Assembly: GCF_030144855.1 (NCBI RefSeq)
Contig: NC_082731.1
Location: 25,544,001 to 25,608,000, forward strand
DNA from: Hypanus sabinus
Taxonomy: Eukaryota
Direction of reading: 5' to 3'
Length of the DNA stretch: 64,000 nt
Part shown: positions 37,800-50,100 of the stretch, piece by piece
Numbering within the stretch: the stretch's first letter is position 1
Layout of the letters: each line of letters opens with the position of its first letter
The notes under the pieces: generated by a model
Told to the model about the DNA's origin: nothing
Seen by the model: the letters and a program-made list of their open reading frames with translations, nothing else
The model's database searches: none
Program-made: the position numbers and the translations under genes

Positions 37800-38351
37800 N
37801 NNNNNNNNNNNNNNNNNNNNNNNNNNNNNNNNNNNNNNNNNNNNNNNNNNNNNNNNNNNNNNNNNNNNNNNNNNNNNNNNNNNNNNNNNNNNNNNNNNNN
37901 NNNNNNNNNNNNNNNNNNNNNNNNNNNNNNNNNNNNNNNNNNNNNNNNNNNNNNNNNNNNNNNNNNNNNNNNNNNNNNNNNNNNNNNNNNNNNNNNNNNN
38001 NNNNNNNNNNNNNNNNNNNNNNNNNNNNNNNNNNNNNNNNNNNNNNNNNNNNNNNNNNNNNNNNNNNNNNNNNNNNNNNNNNNNNNNNNNNNNNNNNNNN
38101 NNNNNNNNNNNNNNNNNNNNNNNNNNNNNNNNNNNNNNNNNNNNNNNNNNNNNNNNNNNNNNNNNNNNNNNNNNNNNNNNNNNNNNNNNNNNNNNNNNNN
38201 NNNNNNNNNNNNNNNNNNNNNNNNNNNNNNNNNNNNNNNNNNNNNNNNNNNNNNNNNNNNNNNNNNNNNNNNNNNNNNNNNNNNNNNNNNNNNNNNNNNN
38301 NNNNNNNNNNNNNNNNNNNNNNNNNNNNNNNNNNNNNNNNNNNNNNNNNNN
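37800..38351. other. Assembly gap
   Basis: Run of N. Confidence 1.
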
Positions 38352-38429
38352 GAGAGGGGATGGATTTTATCATTATTCTACTATTCTATTTCATGAAATT
38401 ATCTTAAAAATCAAATTAAAATAAAGGCA

Positions 38430-39250
38430 AAGCAGTGTATTTTATCTACTTGGACTTTAGCAACGCGTTTGATAACGTTCCATACAGGAGACTGCTCAAG
38501 ATTTAATTGCTTTGCATTCAAGATGAGATAGTAATTTGGATTAGATTTTAGCTTTATGAGAGAAACGGAAATGGGTTTTCCTCTTAAAGGAGGCCGTGGG
38601 CAAGTGATTACTGCATGAATCTGTGCTTGGTCTGTTATCTTTTGTCATCTAGATAATGATATGAATGATAACGTGGTCAACCTAATCCGTAAATTCGCGG
38701 ATAACTCTAAGAATACTGATTATCAGAGCTTGCAGCCGGATCCGGACTAGCTGAAAAAGAAGAGTTGAAAATGACAGTGCGAATTTAATACTGAACGGCG
38801 CGGCAATTACACTCTGAAAGGAATGCTACTGTGGAGTGGAGTGCACAAAGGGATCAGAGACAAGAGGTCCATAATTTCTTCAAATGTTGCATCACAGGTG
38901 ATGCAATGTTATGGTGAAGTTGTATAGGACGTTTCTGAGGCCTAATCTGAAGTCATTAGAGTAGTTCTGGACTCTCACCTAGATGTAAAGGAAGTTGAAT
39001 GAGTACACAAAAGCGTTCCATGGTTATTTCCGGGCTGGATTACCAGAGTTAATTGAACCTAATGAATTGGTAAGGACTTAAATCCTTTTAACGTAGAAGA
39101 TCGTGGTATGCAAAATTATCGGTGTTATCGATAGGTGAATGTAAACAGGATTTTCACTGACGCTGGGTGGGTTTATAACTACAGGTCATGTGTTAAAGGT
39201 GAAAGACGATATGTTTAACGGAAACAGGAGGGGAAAAATCCCAGTCAGGG
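38430..39250 (+). mobile_element. CR1 RT/3' fragment, old
   Basis: LDFSNAFDNVPYRRL and KFADN motifs; CR1-type 3' end. Confidence 0.7.
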
Positions 39251-40001
39251 TGTCGGCTCAGTGTGCACACATCTACCAGCGGAAGTGCTGATGCCTGCTC
39301 GGTTTCCACGTTTAACAGAACCTTGAAAGGGAGCATGAATGGCAAGGTTTCAGAGGATTCTGGTGAGGGTGCGTCAATGCGAGTGCACAATTTAAATGTT
39401 TCGACATGCATTATGTAGGCTGAATGACCTGCTTTGGTGTTATATTTTTCTCTAACTCTATTCTTGATGGATTGAAAGCAATATTTTACATTCATTGGGC
39501 TGACGTGGAACAACTCTATGCCCGTTGCTGCTGCAACTACACCATCGCCCGGCTATCTCTGCTTGAGAAATATTTTATTATTTTACTTTCCCATGCGTCT
39601 TTTAATTCTTTGTTCACCCAGTCTGCACATTCATTGTTGTTCTGATTACGTTCCCTTCCCTGTTTACAAAATGGAAGAGAGATCCTTACGTTTATCCATT
39701 CAAAATTCAATACAATTTTTATCTTTTGTACTCTCGAGTGTTATAAACTGCTGAACTATAACTTCGCCGGAGGTGGGAGCCGACTAATGCCATTTCCCCA
39801 GGTAAATTACGTTGGCGATACCGAGACTACATAAAGTGACTTTCAGATCTAAAATTTCCGATTTGCTGTTGTCAGAATTAATCATCTATGATGTTGTACT
39901 CTCATCTCGGAAATCCCTTCCCGAAATTGAGTACAATTCTCTTTCTTTCACATAAGGTATCATCATGGTGCTTTTTCAGACACTGCTGTACATTTCTGAA
40001 A

Positions 40002-40446
40002 ATGAACACGTTTTCCCATGTTATCATTCTATTATGAGCGTTAGTCCGTAAGTTTAGCATTGATTTCCCTCTTTATCTTTTTATTGTTAGCCTTCCAACA
40101 TAGTACTGAATACAACCCTCGAACGTTTTATTAAGTACATATTTGGGCAGATTGTGTCACAAATCCTTAGACGCTTTGGACTTGGCAAAAGGTGGTGTTG
40201 TGAAAATACAGTGTAGCTATAGAACACGTTTCACCAATCCTTCTCAATTTTGATAACAACAGCTAAATAATCGGCTCCTGCTCTTTCTAATATACCGGAA
40301 TATCAGTGGAAGAAAAAATGTGGGTTTTCCAAGGGGAAGGTTCAAGGTGGGACAGATTAACCCTAGAAAGAATATACAATTAACGAACCAGGACCCTGGG
40401 TTTGAATATCTGAGCTACGACATTCAACTGTTGCTGTACTAAAACT
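40002..40446 (+). pseudogene. TCR V pseudogene (V3) of the same family
   Basis: Leader MNTFSHVIILL*ALV with donor GTAAGT at 40048 and acceptor at 40135. The V exon has a stop and 1-nt frameshift in FR1, then GGVVKIQCSY; WY is mutated to TGA TAA (40251-40256); FR3 deletions remove YFC and the heptamer. Nonamer remnant ACTAAAACT at 40438-40446. Confidence 0.9.
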
Positions 40447-41929
40447 CAAAGAGAAAGCAGAATTCGCTAGCCATCCTGTAGTTCAAAACACCTCAGTTTT
40501 ATCAATTGTTCATATTACTAAAAACAGTTCGTTTTTAGCAAATCCAACACCACAACCACATTGCTATTACACCCCTGGTAGCTCCATAGTCATGGACGTG
40601 CTGCCGTGCTGAGTATTCCATTTTGCAATGAAACTGAGAGACGATTTGTCTTTCCCAACTCCTGGAACGTTCTGCCGAAGAAAGAAAATAAACGCATCTC
40701 GTCGTTGAGCTGCGTCGTTTCTTTTAGCATTATACCCCGAATGAAAAATTTGAAGAGGATCTTTGCTGAATTTCCTTGTGGGCCAACTGCCCATCCAGCT
40801 CTGGACAATGTCATGCTCTTTACTCGTGCTTGTCGAATCATTTTTCGCTTGAAATTCCCTAATTCTGTCGTTAATTGGGGAGGACATTCCGCTGAGTCGA
40901 TAGTGTTAGCTTTTAAATTTTTTGCTGGTGCCCGCGTTGTTCTCGTGAGAACGTATACGTCCTGCTGTCAAGGTAAACAGTAGCCATTCATCTTTCTGCT
41001 AGCCTGCCTGTTCGCTGTCGTTTTCACGATTTGTTAGTGTACAATGCACAGAAACGGACGGCAAAGGCAATTGAGTGGCCGCTCTCTATAATAGCAGTAA
41101 AGAATTGCACGGGCATACTCTGGGTAGGATGGAATTTTTCCAAATACCACAAAAGGTACATCCACTGCACAGCCATTTTGTTAATAACGGAGAGACAGAT
41201 CACCCACGTGAGGCCCTATGAAATAATAATACCTAAGAATCTATATGTTGAAATTGTGTTATCTGTAGAGTATTTGATGTTGATTGAGAGTAGGACAGAC
41301 AGAATTGTGTTCAAATTGTTATGTATTTTCACAGCTTTTGACTTCATTCCGCTTCATGTTGTTGGGAGTGCACCAGGACACGGGGATTCTTTACTTACTG
41401 GCAGCACTTATAATTGGAAATCTCGAGTGTGAATCCAATGTCACGCATGCCGGCTACAAACGTTATCATTTTAACTGGTCTGTCTCGGACTGCTCTCATT
41501 GACGTATGGAGCAAATAGCGGAGGGGTGACAACAAATGATCGTCGCCCAGCATTAACAAATGAGCGGAATGTGAACATGTCGGTGTCCAGTCACACTTTC
41601 TGCACCGATCTGAAATGATGTTTTGGATCAATTTGCGGATAGACCCGGTATTATATTTACGGAGCACTTCTCTTACAGGTGTTCGGGAATATTGCAAAGA
41701 AGATTGAACTGAAATCCGAATGGAAGTTCTGACGTTTATAGCAGTGGAGACGGGATGCTGTAGTATGAAGTACATACCAGTGTCAACTGTGTTATTTGCA
41801 TATCTGCTGGAACTGTCGGCGACATGCTGAAGTGGTGAAAAATAGCAAGGTCATGTTTTCAGGTAGAATTGTTAATAGCGCCGATGATAATAACAATAGC
41901 GGCCCGAGCGGCTTCAGTTGACTCCGGGA

Positions 41930-42790
41930 ATCGTACGACAATAAGATACAAGAGCAGATGCAAGCCATTCGACCCAATAATTCTGCTCCGCCATTCAATC
42001 ATGGCTTCTTCCAATTCTTCCAGTCTTCCTTACTCCAATGCCTCCTCCCTTTACCCTTGATGCCCTGGCTAATCAGGAACCAATCAATCTCTGCCTTAAA
42101 TACACCCAATAACTTGGCCTCCACAGCCGCTCGTGGAAACAAATTCCATAGAGTTACTACACTACAACTAAAGTAATTTCTCCTCATCTCAGCTCTAAAT
42201 GGACGTCCTTCAATCCTGAAGTCGTGTTCTCTTGTCCTAGATACCCTGCCATGGGAAATAACTCTGCTGTATCTAATCTGTTCAGGCCTTTTACCATTCG
42301 TAATGTTTCTATGAGCACACACCCCCCTCCCCCCCGCCCTCATTCTCCTGAATTCCCTGGAATACAGCACAAGAGATCCAGACGTTCCTCATACGGTAAC
42401 CCTTTAATTCCTGGAAACATTCTTGTGATTCTTCTCTGATACTTTTCCAATGTCAGTATATCCTTTCTAAAATAAGGAGCCGAAATTGCACACAATACTC
42501 CGTGTGGGCTCACGAGCGCCTTACAAATCCTCGCCATCACATCACTTTTCTTATATTCTACACCCTTAGAAGTCAATGCAAATATTGCATTCGCCTTCTT
42601 CACAACTGTCTTAACCTGGTGGTTAACCTTTAGGATATCTTGCACAATGAATCCAAAGTCCCCTCCTATCTCTGCATCTTGAATTTTCTTCCCTTCTAAA
42701 TAATAGTATTCCCATTTATTGATTCCACCAACGTACAATAACACACACCTTTCAGCATTATATTTCATTTGCCAACTCCTTGCCCGTTCC
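41930..42790 (-). mobile_element. CR1 LINE 3' fragment
   Basis: QVKTVVKKANAIFAL...YQRRITRMFPGIKGLPYEERL and RRNYFSCSVVTLWN. Confidence 0.88.
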
Positions 42791-42829
42791 CATAAACTAA
42801 CTATGTGTATGGCTCTCAGTCCCAGTAAC

Positions 42830-45290
42830 TGTAGTGTTAACGACTCAGGCGAATAAAATGAGTTTCTCTATTGTTATAATGAACTGCCTTCTCCGTAATG
42901 CTTCTTAATGAATTGGTTTCTGTACCTGAACTGTTTGGTAAATAACTGCAGATAACAGTAGAACTAACCAACGTAGAATTGTTATGCTATCTTGTACCTG
43001 TGAGCTGAGCGGGAATTCACAGTGTTTTTCAGGAGGCGAGTTGGTGGACGGACGTGTGAAGAGCGGACAGCGGTTTCATGCCGACGGATACTGGACGTCG
43101 GCGTTTCGGACGGTGGCCGAAATCTCGAAAGGTCGTTGTTGATGGAACCAGAGGCGTGAACTCCAACGTATTAAAAAGCTATGTGCACAAAATGATAAAC
43201 TTACTGATTTGGCGCGTTTAGGTTATCTGTTTCTACTAAGCTATCATTAAGAAATAACTATAAAGTTGCAATTATTCACTCGCCTTTGGCGTATTGTCTG
43301 ATATTTGTGTTGCGAGCATGTGTTGGGGGAGAGGGCGGGGCGGATTACACGAACTTACACCGCATTATTGCCCTATTGGCGGGGCGACAGCGGTTCAGCC
43401 AAGGTGAACAGGGGTAAATTGGGGGCATGGATGCTACATTAATAGGCTTTCTCGTCGGGATTTGAACTTGTCAGATACGGTGTAATTCGTCCCGTTTATA
43501 CGACGGGAGATGGATTCGGATAAGGCTGAACGCTGGTATGAGATCGATTAATCATACCTGCGTATTGCGTGAAGTGTACATGCGTATCTCAGGCGAAATG
43601 TTAACTGGATGTTGGAGCACAGTTAGAGCTATCGGTAAGGTCGAACTCGTAGGCAGAAAGATTGGTAAAATGGGAGTTTTAGGCTTTGTGTTAGCGCAAA
43701 TTGGTGCTGGCGTCACGGCGGTGGGACTGCTGCCGTGTATTGGCGATCTCAGTAAAGCGGGGCACATTTTTACAGAAGAAATGTTTTACGGGTCTGATGG
43801 GACACCAGCGGATTTGCTCGACGCTGGGGGCGGTGATTTTCGAGAGCGGGTCCTACTGTTGTTGAAAGATGAGGAAGGGAAATCTAATTAGATCTCCTCT
43901 CCCAAGGAAGTGGGAAGGTTCGGATTTGGCGTCTGCCATTAACTCTTTGGAGAACAAGGCGGCTGCCTTCGTCAGAGGTTAAGAATTTTCTCAGGGAGGT
44001 CTCCCACCCCCGAATGGGTGGATGATTTTGAGACCTCGATAAAACATGCTTCTTGGCGGCTAGTTGAGCTTCAGTGCTCTGAGGTAGAGAAGCGGCAGAG
44101 TTTGGTTGACAGTTTGAGAGGGGTGGCAGCTGAGCTAGTAAAAGGCGTGAAAGGTAGCCAAAGTTTAGAAGTATTGGCGAAGGCATTTGGTCTGACGGGG
44201 GCCAAGGTGGAGCTCTTAGGGGGTTTCGGAGCCTGCGTCAGGAGAAAGCGGAATAACTTTCTGAATATATTTTCCGGGTAGAGCGATAGCTAAATTGTTT
44301 GAGGCGACAGTGGGTCATTTTGGAGACGAAGGTGAACCAGATAAGGACAGACGACCAGGTAGCCCGGGGCGCCGAGTGGGATGATGTGATTGCTACGAGC
44401 ATCCGGCAGTCACGTACATGGCGCCACCCCCCATCTTTTGCTCAGTTGCTCAGAAGGTGAGAGAGGAGGAAGAGGACGCATTGGAGTCGGAAGAGGGCTC
44501 CGTCAGTACGGTGCAGTCCTCCGTGGAAGCACCTTTCAGTGAAGTAACTGGGGCCAGCTCCGATCGGGAGATAATGAGGAGAGTCTTTGCAGGTGTGGTC
44601 CCTCCGCTTGAGGGTACTAACAGAGAGGTTCCGTACCTGAAGGAACGGACTGCACAGAGGCCCAAGGGAGGCAGGGGTCCCGCGAGACGAGGAGTGTGTT
44701 ATATCTGTGTGGAAGAGGACCACCTCAGGCGAGGATGTGACCGGCCCCTCGGAGGGCGTCTCCGGGTGACGCAGCAGGAAGTGGGGGCGGTTCTAGGGAA
44801 ATTAGAGGAGGCCTTGTGAAGGAACGTCCCGGAGTGTCTGGGAAAACACGTTTCCAGCAAAGTGACACGGGATCCCTGAGAGGAAAAGACCCTATCTCAG
44901 TTGGATTAGTGTGACCCCAAATCAATGTGTCGATACGGATGGGTGGAATAGATGCAAAAGCCATACTAGACACTGGGTCTCAGTTTATGCTATTGTAACT
45001 ATCCTTCTACGATCAGTATTTGTCGCATTTGTCCTTGACGCCCTTCACAGCCCTGAATATTTGGGGTATCAGTCCTACGGATTAGCCGTACGATGGTTAT
45101 TTGTCTTTGAGTGTGGAGTTCCTAGAGGCCGAGATGGAAGTGACTCAGGCTCATGAGGACTTGGTGCTGTTTTTTTTCCAGCTTGACAAAGATGTGTTTT
45201 TTTTTAACCACTCTTTCAGATCACGTGTCCTCCCTATCCAAAACGTGTACATTGTCATCATCAGAGGAGTGTCCCTTATTCTTTAGGTGA
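42830..45290 (+). mobile_element. Gypsy LTR retrotransposon remnant: putative 5' LTR, interrupted tRNA-Pro PBS, PNMA-like gag with CCHC knuckle, aspartic protease; RT and IN absent
   Basis: Gag begins at ATG 43510. DDFETSIKHASW...EKRQSLVDSLRG is PNMA/Gypsy capsid-like. CYICVEEDHLRRGC at 44697-44738; AILDTGSQ at about 44960-44983. PBS TGGGGGC...TCGTCGGGATTTGAAC. Confidence 0.82.
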
Positions 45291-46048
45291 ATATGTACAG
45301 TCGATATTTGACCTGAGGTGTTAGACCTCCTATATTGGGCCATCTTTTACCTGTCGTTATCTCTGCGATTCTTCACAACCCTCATGCGATCGCTATACAC
45401 TTATTTAACTTACACAGTTTATTTGGCGGAGAACTACACAGCATGGATCAGGTGTCAAGAGTCCTCTCGGATTAGTGACGTAACATTCTCCATAGAATAC
45501 AGAACACAGTAACACCAGCTGCCTTGAATTACTTCTGCTTGCAATACAGTCGCCAGGATGACTGGGAATCTACAAAGACAGAATGATGTCTAATTAATAC
45601 GTTCCTGTTAGTGCTGCACAATTACTCAGGGTAAAACAGCAACAGGGCAAAGCAGAGGATGGTGCCGACATGGGCTACATCGGGGATTAGGTAGATCATG
45701 TTGTCGTCGGATCACAAAACAGGGTGTTTGTTTAAAGCCTGCGGGACGGTTTTTAGAGCAGCCTGTGCTGGAGTCTATTCAGGAAAATTCTGTCTCAGAT
45801 TGCGTGCTGTGTCCTAGCACAGATCTTATTATGAAGCTAAACTTAAAAGACCCCTTGGGAGATAGAGCTCATAATAAGATTTGAGAGGGAGAAGCATAAG
45901 TTACAGGTACCTGTATCTGAACGGTAAAATGGAGTTACAGGGGCATGACAGAGGAGCTTGCCCATGTGTATTGGAAGAGCATACTGGCGGAGATGACGGC
46001 AGAGAAGGGATGGCTGAAGATTCTGGCAATAGTTCACGAGGCACCATA

Positions 46049-47130
46049 TGTCATAAGTTGGGCGTTGGGAAGGACCCAAATGCAAGAAACAGTCACTGAT
46101 GTACCACGGAGAGGACTAGGTTTATCAAGAAAGCAAGGGGAGTGGGGAAGAAACGACACTGGACAAAACACAGGCCCTGGAGACACGGAGACACGGCATG
46201 GGTTAGATTAGAGTAGGAAAGTGGGACCTGGACGAGGAAGTAGGAATTACGAGCTAGGGCCTAGGAACCTGGACAAGGACTGAGCCAGAGACTGAACAGG
46301 GATCCGGAACCTGGTTCATGACTCGGGCTCGGACTCTGGATCCAGCCGAGGACTTGACGTGGAAAGGCAACAGGACTGGACGTGGGTACAGGACGCGGGT
46401 CTCCAGCGCTGGACGAGGACATGAAGCTCAGACTTGGTCTTGATCGAGGGAGAACCGGAACGCAGTGCCTAGGTCGAGGGAGAGAATGAACGCAAAGACT
46501 AGGTCGACAGAGACAAGCAGAAGCGGGGAGAGGCGTAGTTGGACACGAACATGAGCCATGGACGAGACCAGAACTCCGGACCTAGGCTGCGACTTGGACT
46601 TGGAGACTGACTGGAACTTCCTCGGAGCCTTGGACACGCTAAGGCTTCAGGCGTGGTTATCTGGCAAGGCATCAGGCGTGGGTAGCAGACAAGGCTTATA
46701 GGCGTATGTTGAAGTTAGGGCTTCAGGCCAGGCTTCAAAGGGAAGGAAGGGAAGAGTCCAGCCCAGGGACAACGCAAAGACGGCCTGATTTACCCAACGG
46801 AGACAAGAACAGGAAGGGACATATCTCACCGCAGGATATCGGCAAAGGACGGCCTGACTTACCCCACGGAGGTAAGGGCAGGAAGGCACAGATCCCACCT
46901 TTGGGTAACGGGAAGAACGGCCTGACTTACCCCACAGAGGCAACGACCGGATACAGACGAGACGAACCAGCCACTCGAACCAAGGGCCACTCCTATTCCA
47001 GGCCTCATATGAGAGTCAGGTGCTGTGATTAAGTCCAACTGAATCAACGGAGAGCCAGTAGATGCGGATTCCGGCGTACACGGACCGGACCGTAAACTGG
47101 AACGCGGATTTTACGGACCAGACCATGACA
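46049..47130 (-). mobile_element. Solo LTR of the 5255-7335 family
   Basis: The reverse strand starts TGTCATGGTCTGGTCCGTAAAATCCG and ends GCATTTGGGTCCTTCCCAACGCCCAACTTATGACA. No matching TSD. Confidence 0.85.
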
Positions 47131-47169
47131 CAGGAAAGATATGTCCCACAGAAGAAGAAGTCACAAATG

Positions 47170-50100
47170 GAAGGGTTAGACATTGTAAAGGCAAGTTGAT
47201 AGTGTATCGGGAGAGTAAATGAGTATGAAAATTGATACGGTAAACAAATAGTTAAAATTTGGAATTTGTGGGCCTGTTATGTGGTTGGACAGATTGGCCT
47301 TTGATACTAAATAAGGGCAGAACAATGTATGAACCTGGTATACAGGATGACATGTGAAGTGGAGCAAGAAAGTAATAAGTTGAATTATGAAGTGGATGTT
47401 ATGAAGGAGAGTTGCTCCATAATGATTGAAGTGGTAAGGACTAGTCAGAATTGTGCACAGGAAGCTGAGAAGAAGGGAATTAAGATAGCTTGTAGACTAG
47501 TGCAAATCAAAGATCAAGAGGCGGCTCGCCGCCAGAAAAATATACCCGATCCCAGGAAGATAAGATTGACGTTGTCATCTAAGGGAGACCCAGATAACTG
47601 GGATGGGGATATATGGTATGATGATAAAGTTAATGGGTCCTCTGGTGAGGGGAAAACTGCTTGTCCCTCAGAACCATTGCCGACTCGGCCTGCTGTGATG
47701 ACTTCTCAAAGTAATGTACTCAGGCAACCGGGAGTACTGACTCTCGAGTACAAGGAGTATACTGATAAGGAGCTAACTGAGATGGCTGCGGTTTTAAAGA
47801 AGTGTCTGGGGAATCGCTGACTGACTGTTTACTCCCGTTGTGGGATGATGAATGTGCTAGTATAACCTATCATTCTGAAGAACTGGCAAGGCTAGTTTCT
47901 TTCACCTCGAATCCCCGATTACTACTATGTTACGACAGTTTCTCCATGCGGATAGTTTCTTTCTCAAGTGCTGGACGCTATTAAAAAGGTATTCCCGCAC
48001 TCCCTTGATTGGGATTCAAGGGTACAGGGGGAATGGGAAACTGCCGCTGAAGGTACTCATAGCTTAAGACATCAGGCCACGGTCAATACGATGTATGGGG
48101 AAGGGACGCACAGTGGCGACTGGGTCGGATTCCCGACCAAGAGGAATTCACCGGAGGGATGTACACGAGATTGGTTTAGTGATTTGCCCCATCCATTCGG
48201 GGTGTCGTTCTTGCATTATTGGGACCCTCAGTTCAGGAGGATGTGGAGGGCGTGACTAATGCCTTGGCGTACATTTCTGACTTGCGGGTGGTTAAACCCC
48301 GAGTCAGTTCGACATGGCTCACTAATACTGGAGGGGAAGGTACTAATGGTACCAGTGCGACGAGGAATCATGCCCTGACGCGCAGGGAGATGTTCACTAC
48401 TCTTTCAAAAGCAGGCGACAAAAAGCAAAAGATTGACGGTGTACTAACTGGTGTACTGTATGCTATGTATCATGAGGATATGAAAGATGAGAAGATACCG
48501 GCTGCCCCTTCTGCTCCTCCTGCCTCTTCACTGCAGCCACCGTTAACTGAATTGCAGGACGACGTAAAAAAGGCCATACAGGAAGAGACCGGGAAATGGC
48601 AGCCTCGCAACCCCTCACGAACTTAGGGCGATGGCAGGATTCCCCCGATATATAAGATCAATTCGATGTGGGCTCGGGGTGTCCTAGATCTTATGCAACT
48701 ATCGTGGTCCACTGGGCAAAGGGAAATGATCAACTGTTTGTTGCTCTGGTGGATACGGAGTTGAAACTTTCTGTGATCCCGGGCAATCCCGACAAGTGGA
48801 GGGGATCCGAGTATAATATTGAAGGGATGGTGGGGGGTGCCTTTATATGGCCCTGGAAGTAACGGTGCGTGCAACGATCGACAAAAACGTCCCGCTTTCC
48901 ATATCTGTCCTGATTGCTGCAATCACCATCAGTATATTAGGAATGAATGTGTTACGGGAAATGCAATTGAAAAAATCGTTAAGGACCTCAGTTTTGGGAT
49001 CCGGAACATGCGGGTTGTAGTCAGAAGGGGTAAGTGGGAACCAACGCAGATAGTGTCGATTCCACAACACCGGATCCCTGAAGGTCACAAGGATATAACT
49101 GATACTGTTGCCTCCTTGGAGCTAGATGGGGTTATACGACACGCATCGACCCTGTACAATAGCCGGGTCTGGCCGGTAAAAAAAAAACATACGAGTCCTG
49201 GCGAATGACAATTCTTTATGAACAATTGAATAGATATTCTCCCCCATTGAGTTCTGCTGTGCTCGACATTGTGACGCTGGTAGATAATATTTCGGATAAT
49301 GCAAATGGTCGATGTTATGCTGTTACTGATCAAGCCAACGCCTTCTTTTCGATTTATTTGGAGGAGGAATTACAGGAGCAGCTGGTTTTCTCCTGGAACG
49401 ATTGACAGTAAGCTTTCCCTCGTTTGCCACAAGGATATATTCGTAGTCCCACTTTGTGCCACAGGATAGTGCCGCGTGATTTGGAGACTTGCGCACTGCC
49501 AAATAACGTCAAAATACACCACTATATCGGTGATGTTATGTTACAGGGACCTGAGGAAGGAAGTGTCGCAGAGGCACTGAGGTCTCTGTTGCAATCTGTG
49601 CAAAAGAGGGGATGCGCCGTAAATGAAGATAAGGTTCAAGGTCCCAGTCAATCAGTAACATTTCTGGGGATCCACTGGCATGCCGGGGAGAGAATTGCAC
49701 CGGAAAAAGTGCGAAATAAAATTCAAACCGCAGCTACCCCCACTAACAAGCAGGAAGCCCAGCGCTTTGTGGGATTATTAGGATATTCGAGGAGACATAT
49801 TCCCCATTTGACTTTCCTATTGAAACCACTGTACTCCGTCACTCGTAACAAGAGTAAAATCACATGGGGAGAAACGAAAACGAAGGGTTGAGCAGGCCAA
49901 AATGACATTTGAACTGGCTTTTACACTTTCACCTCGGGTCCCGAGGGCCCGTATAAATTGCAAGTGTCTGTTCAAGATAACGTGGCAGTATGGAGTCTTT
50001 AGCAACGGCAGAATGGAAGGAGGGTGCCAGTAGGGTTCTGGTCACGCAATATGCCGGAGGTTGCGATGGATGTACTCCGTTTGAGCGACATCTTCTTACT

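Noticed and set aside
36788-38396. Long ORFs in the ORF track
   Set aside because: Artefacts of translating N gaps.
41356-41710. GPCR-like hints (IIGNL; IDPVLY)
   Set aside because: They lie in different frames with multiple stops and are far too close together for TM1-TM7; kept only as part of the unexplained block.
43018-43060. CACAGTG heptamer
   Set aside because: No nonamer; it lies in the putative Gypsy LTR.
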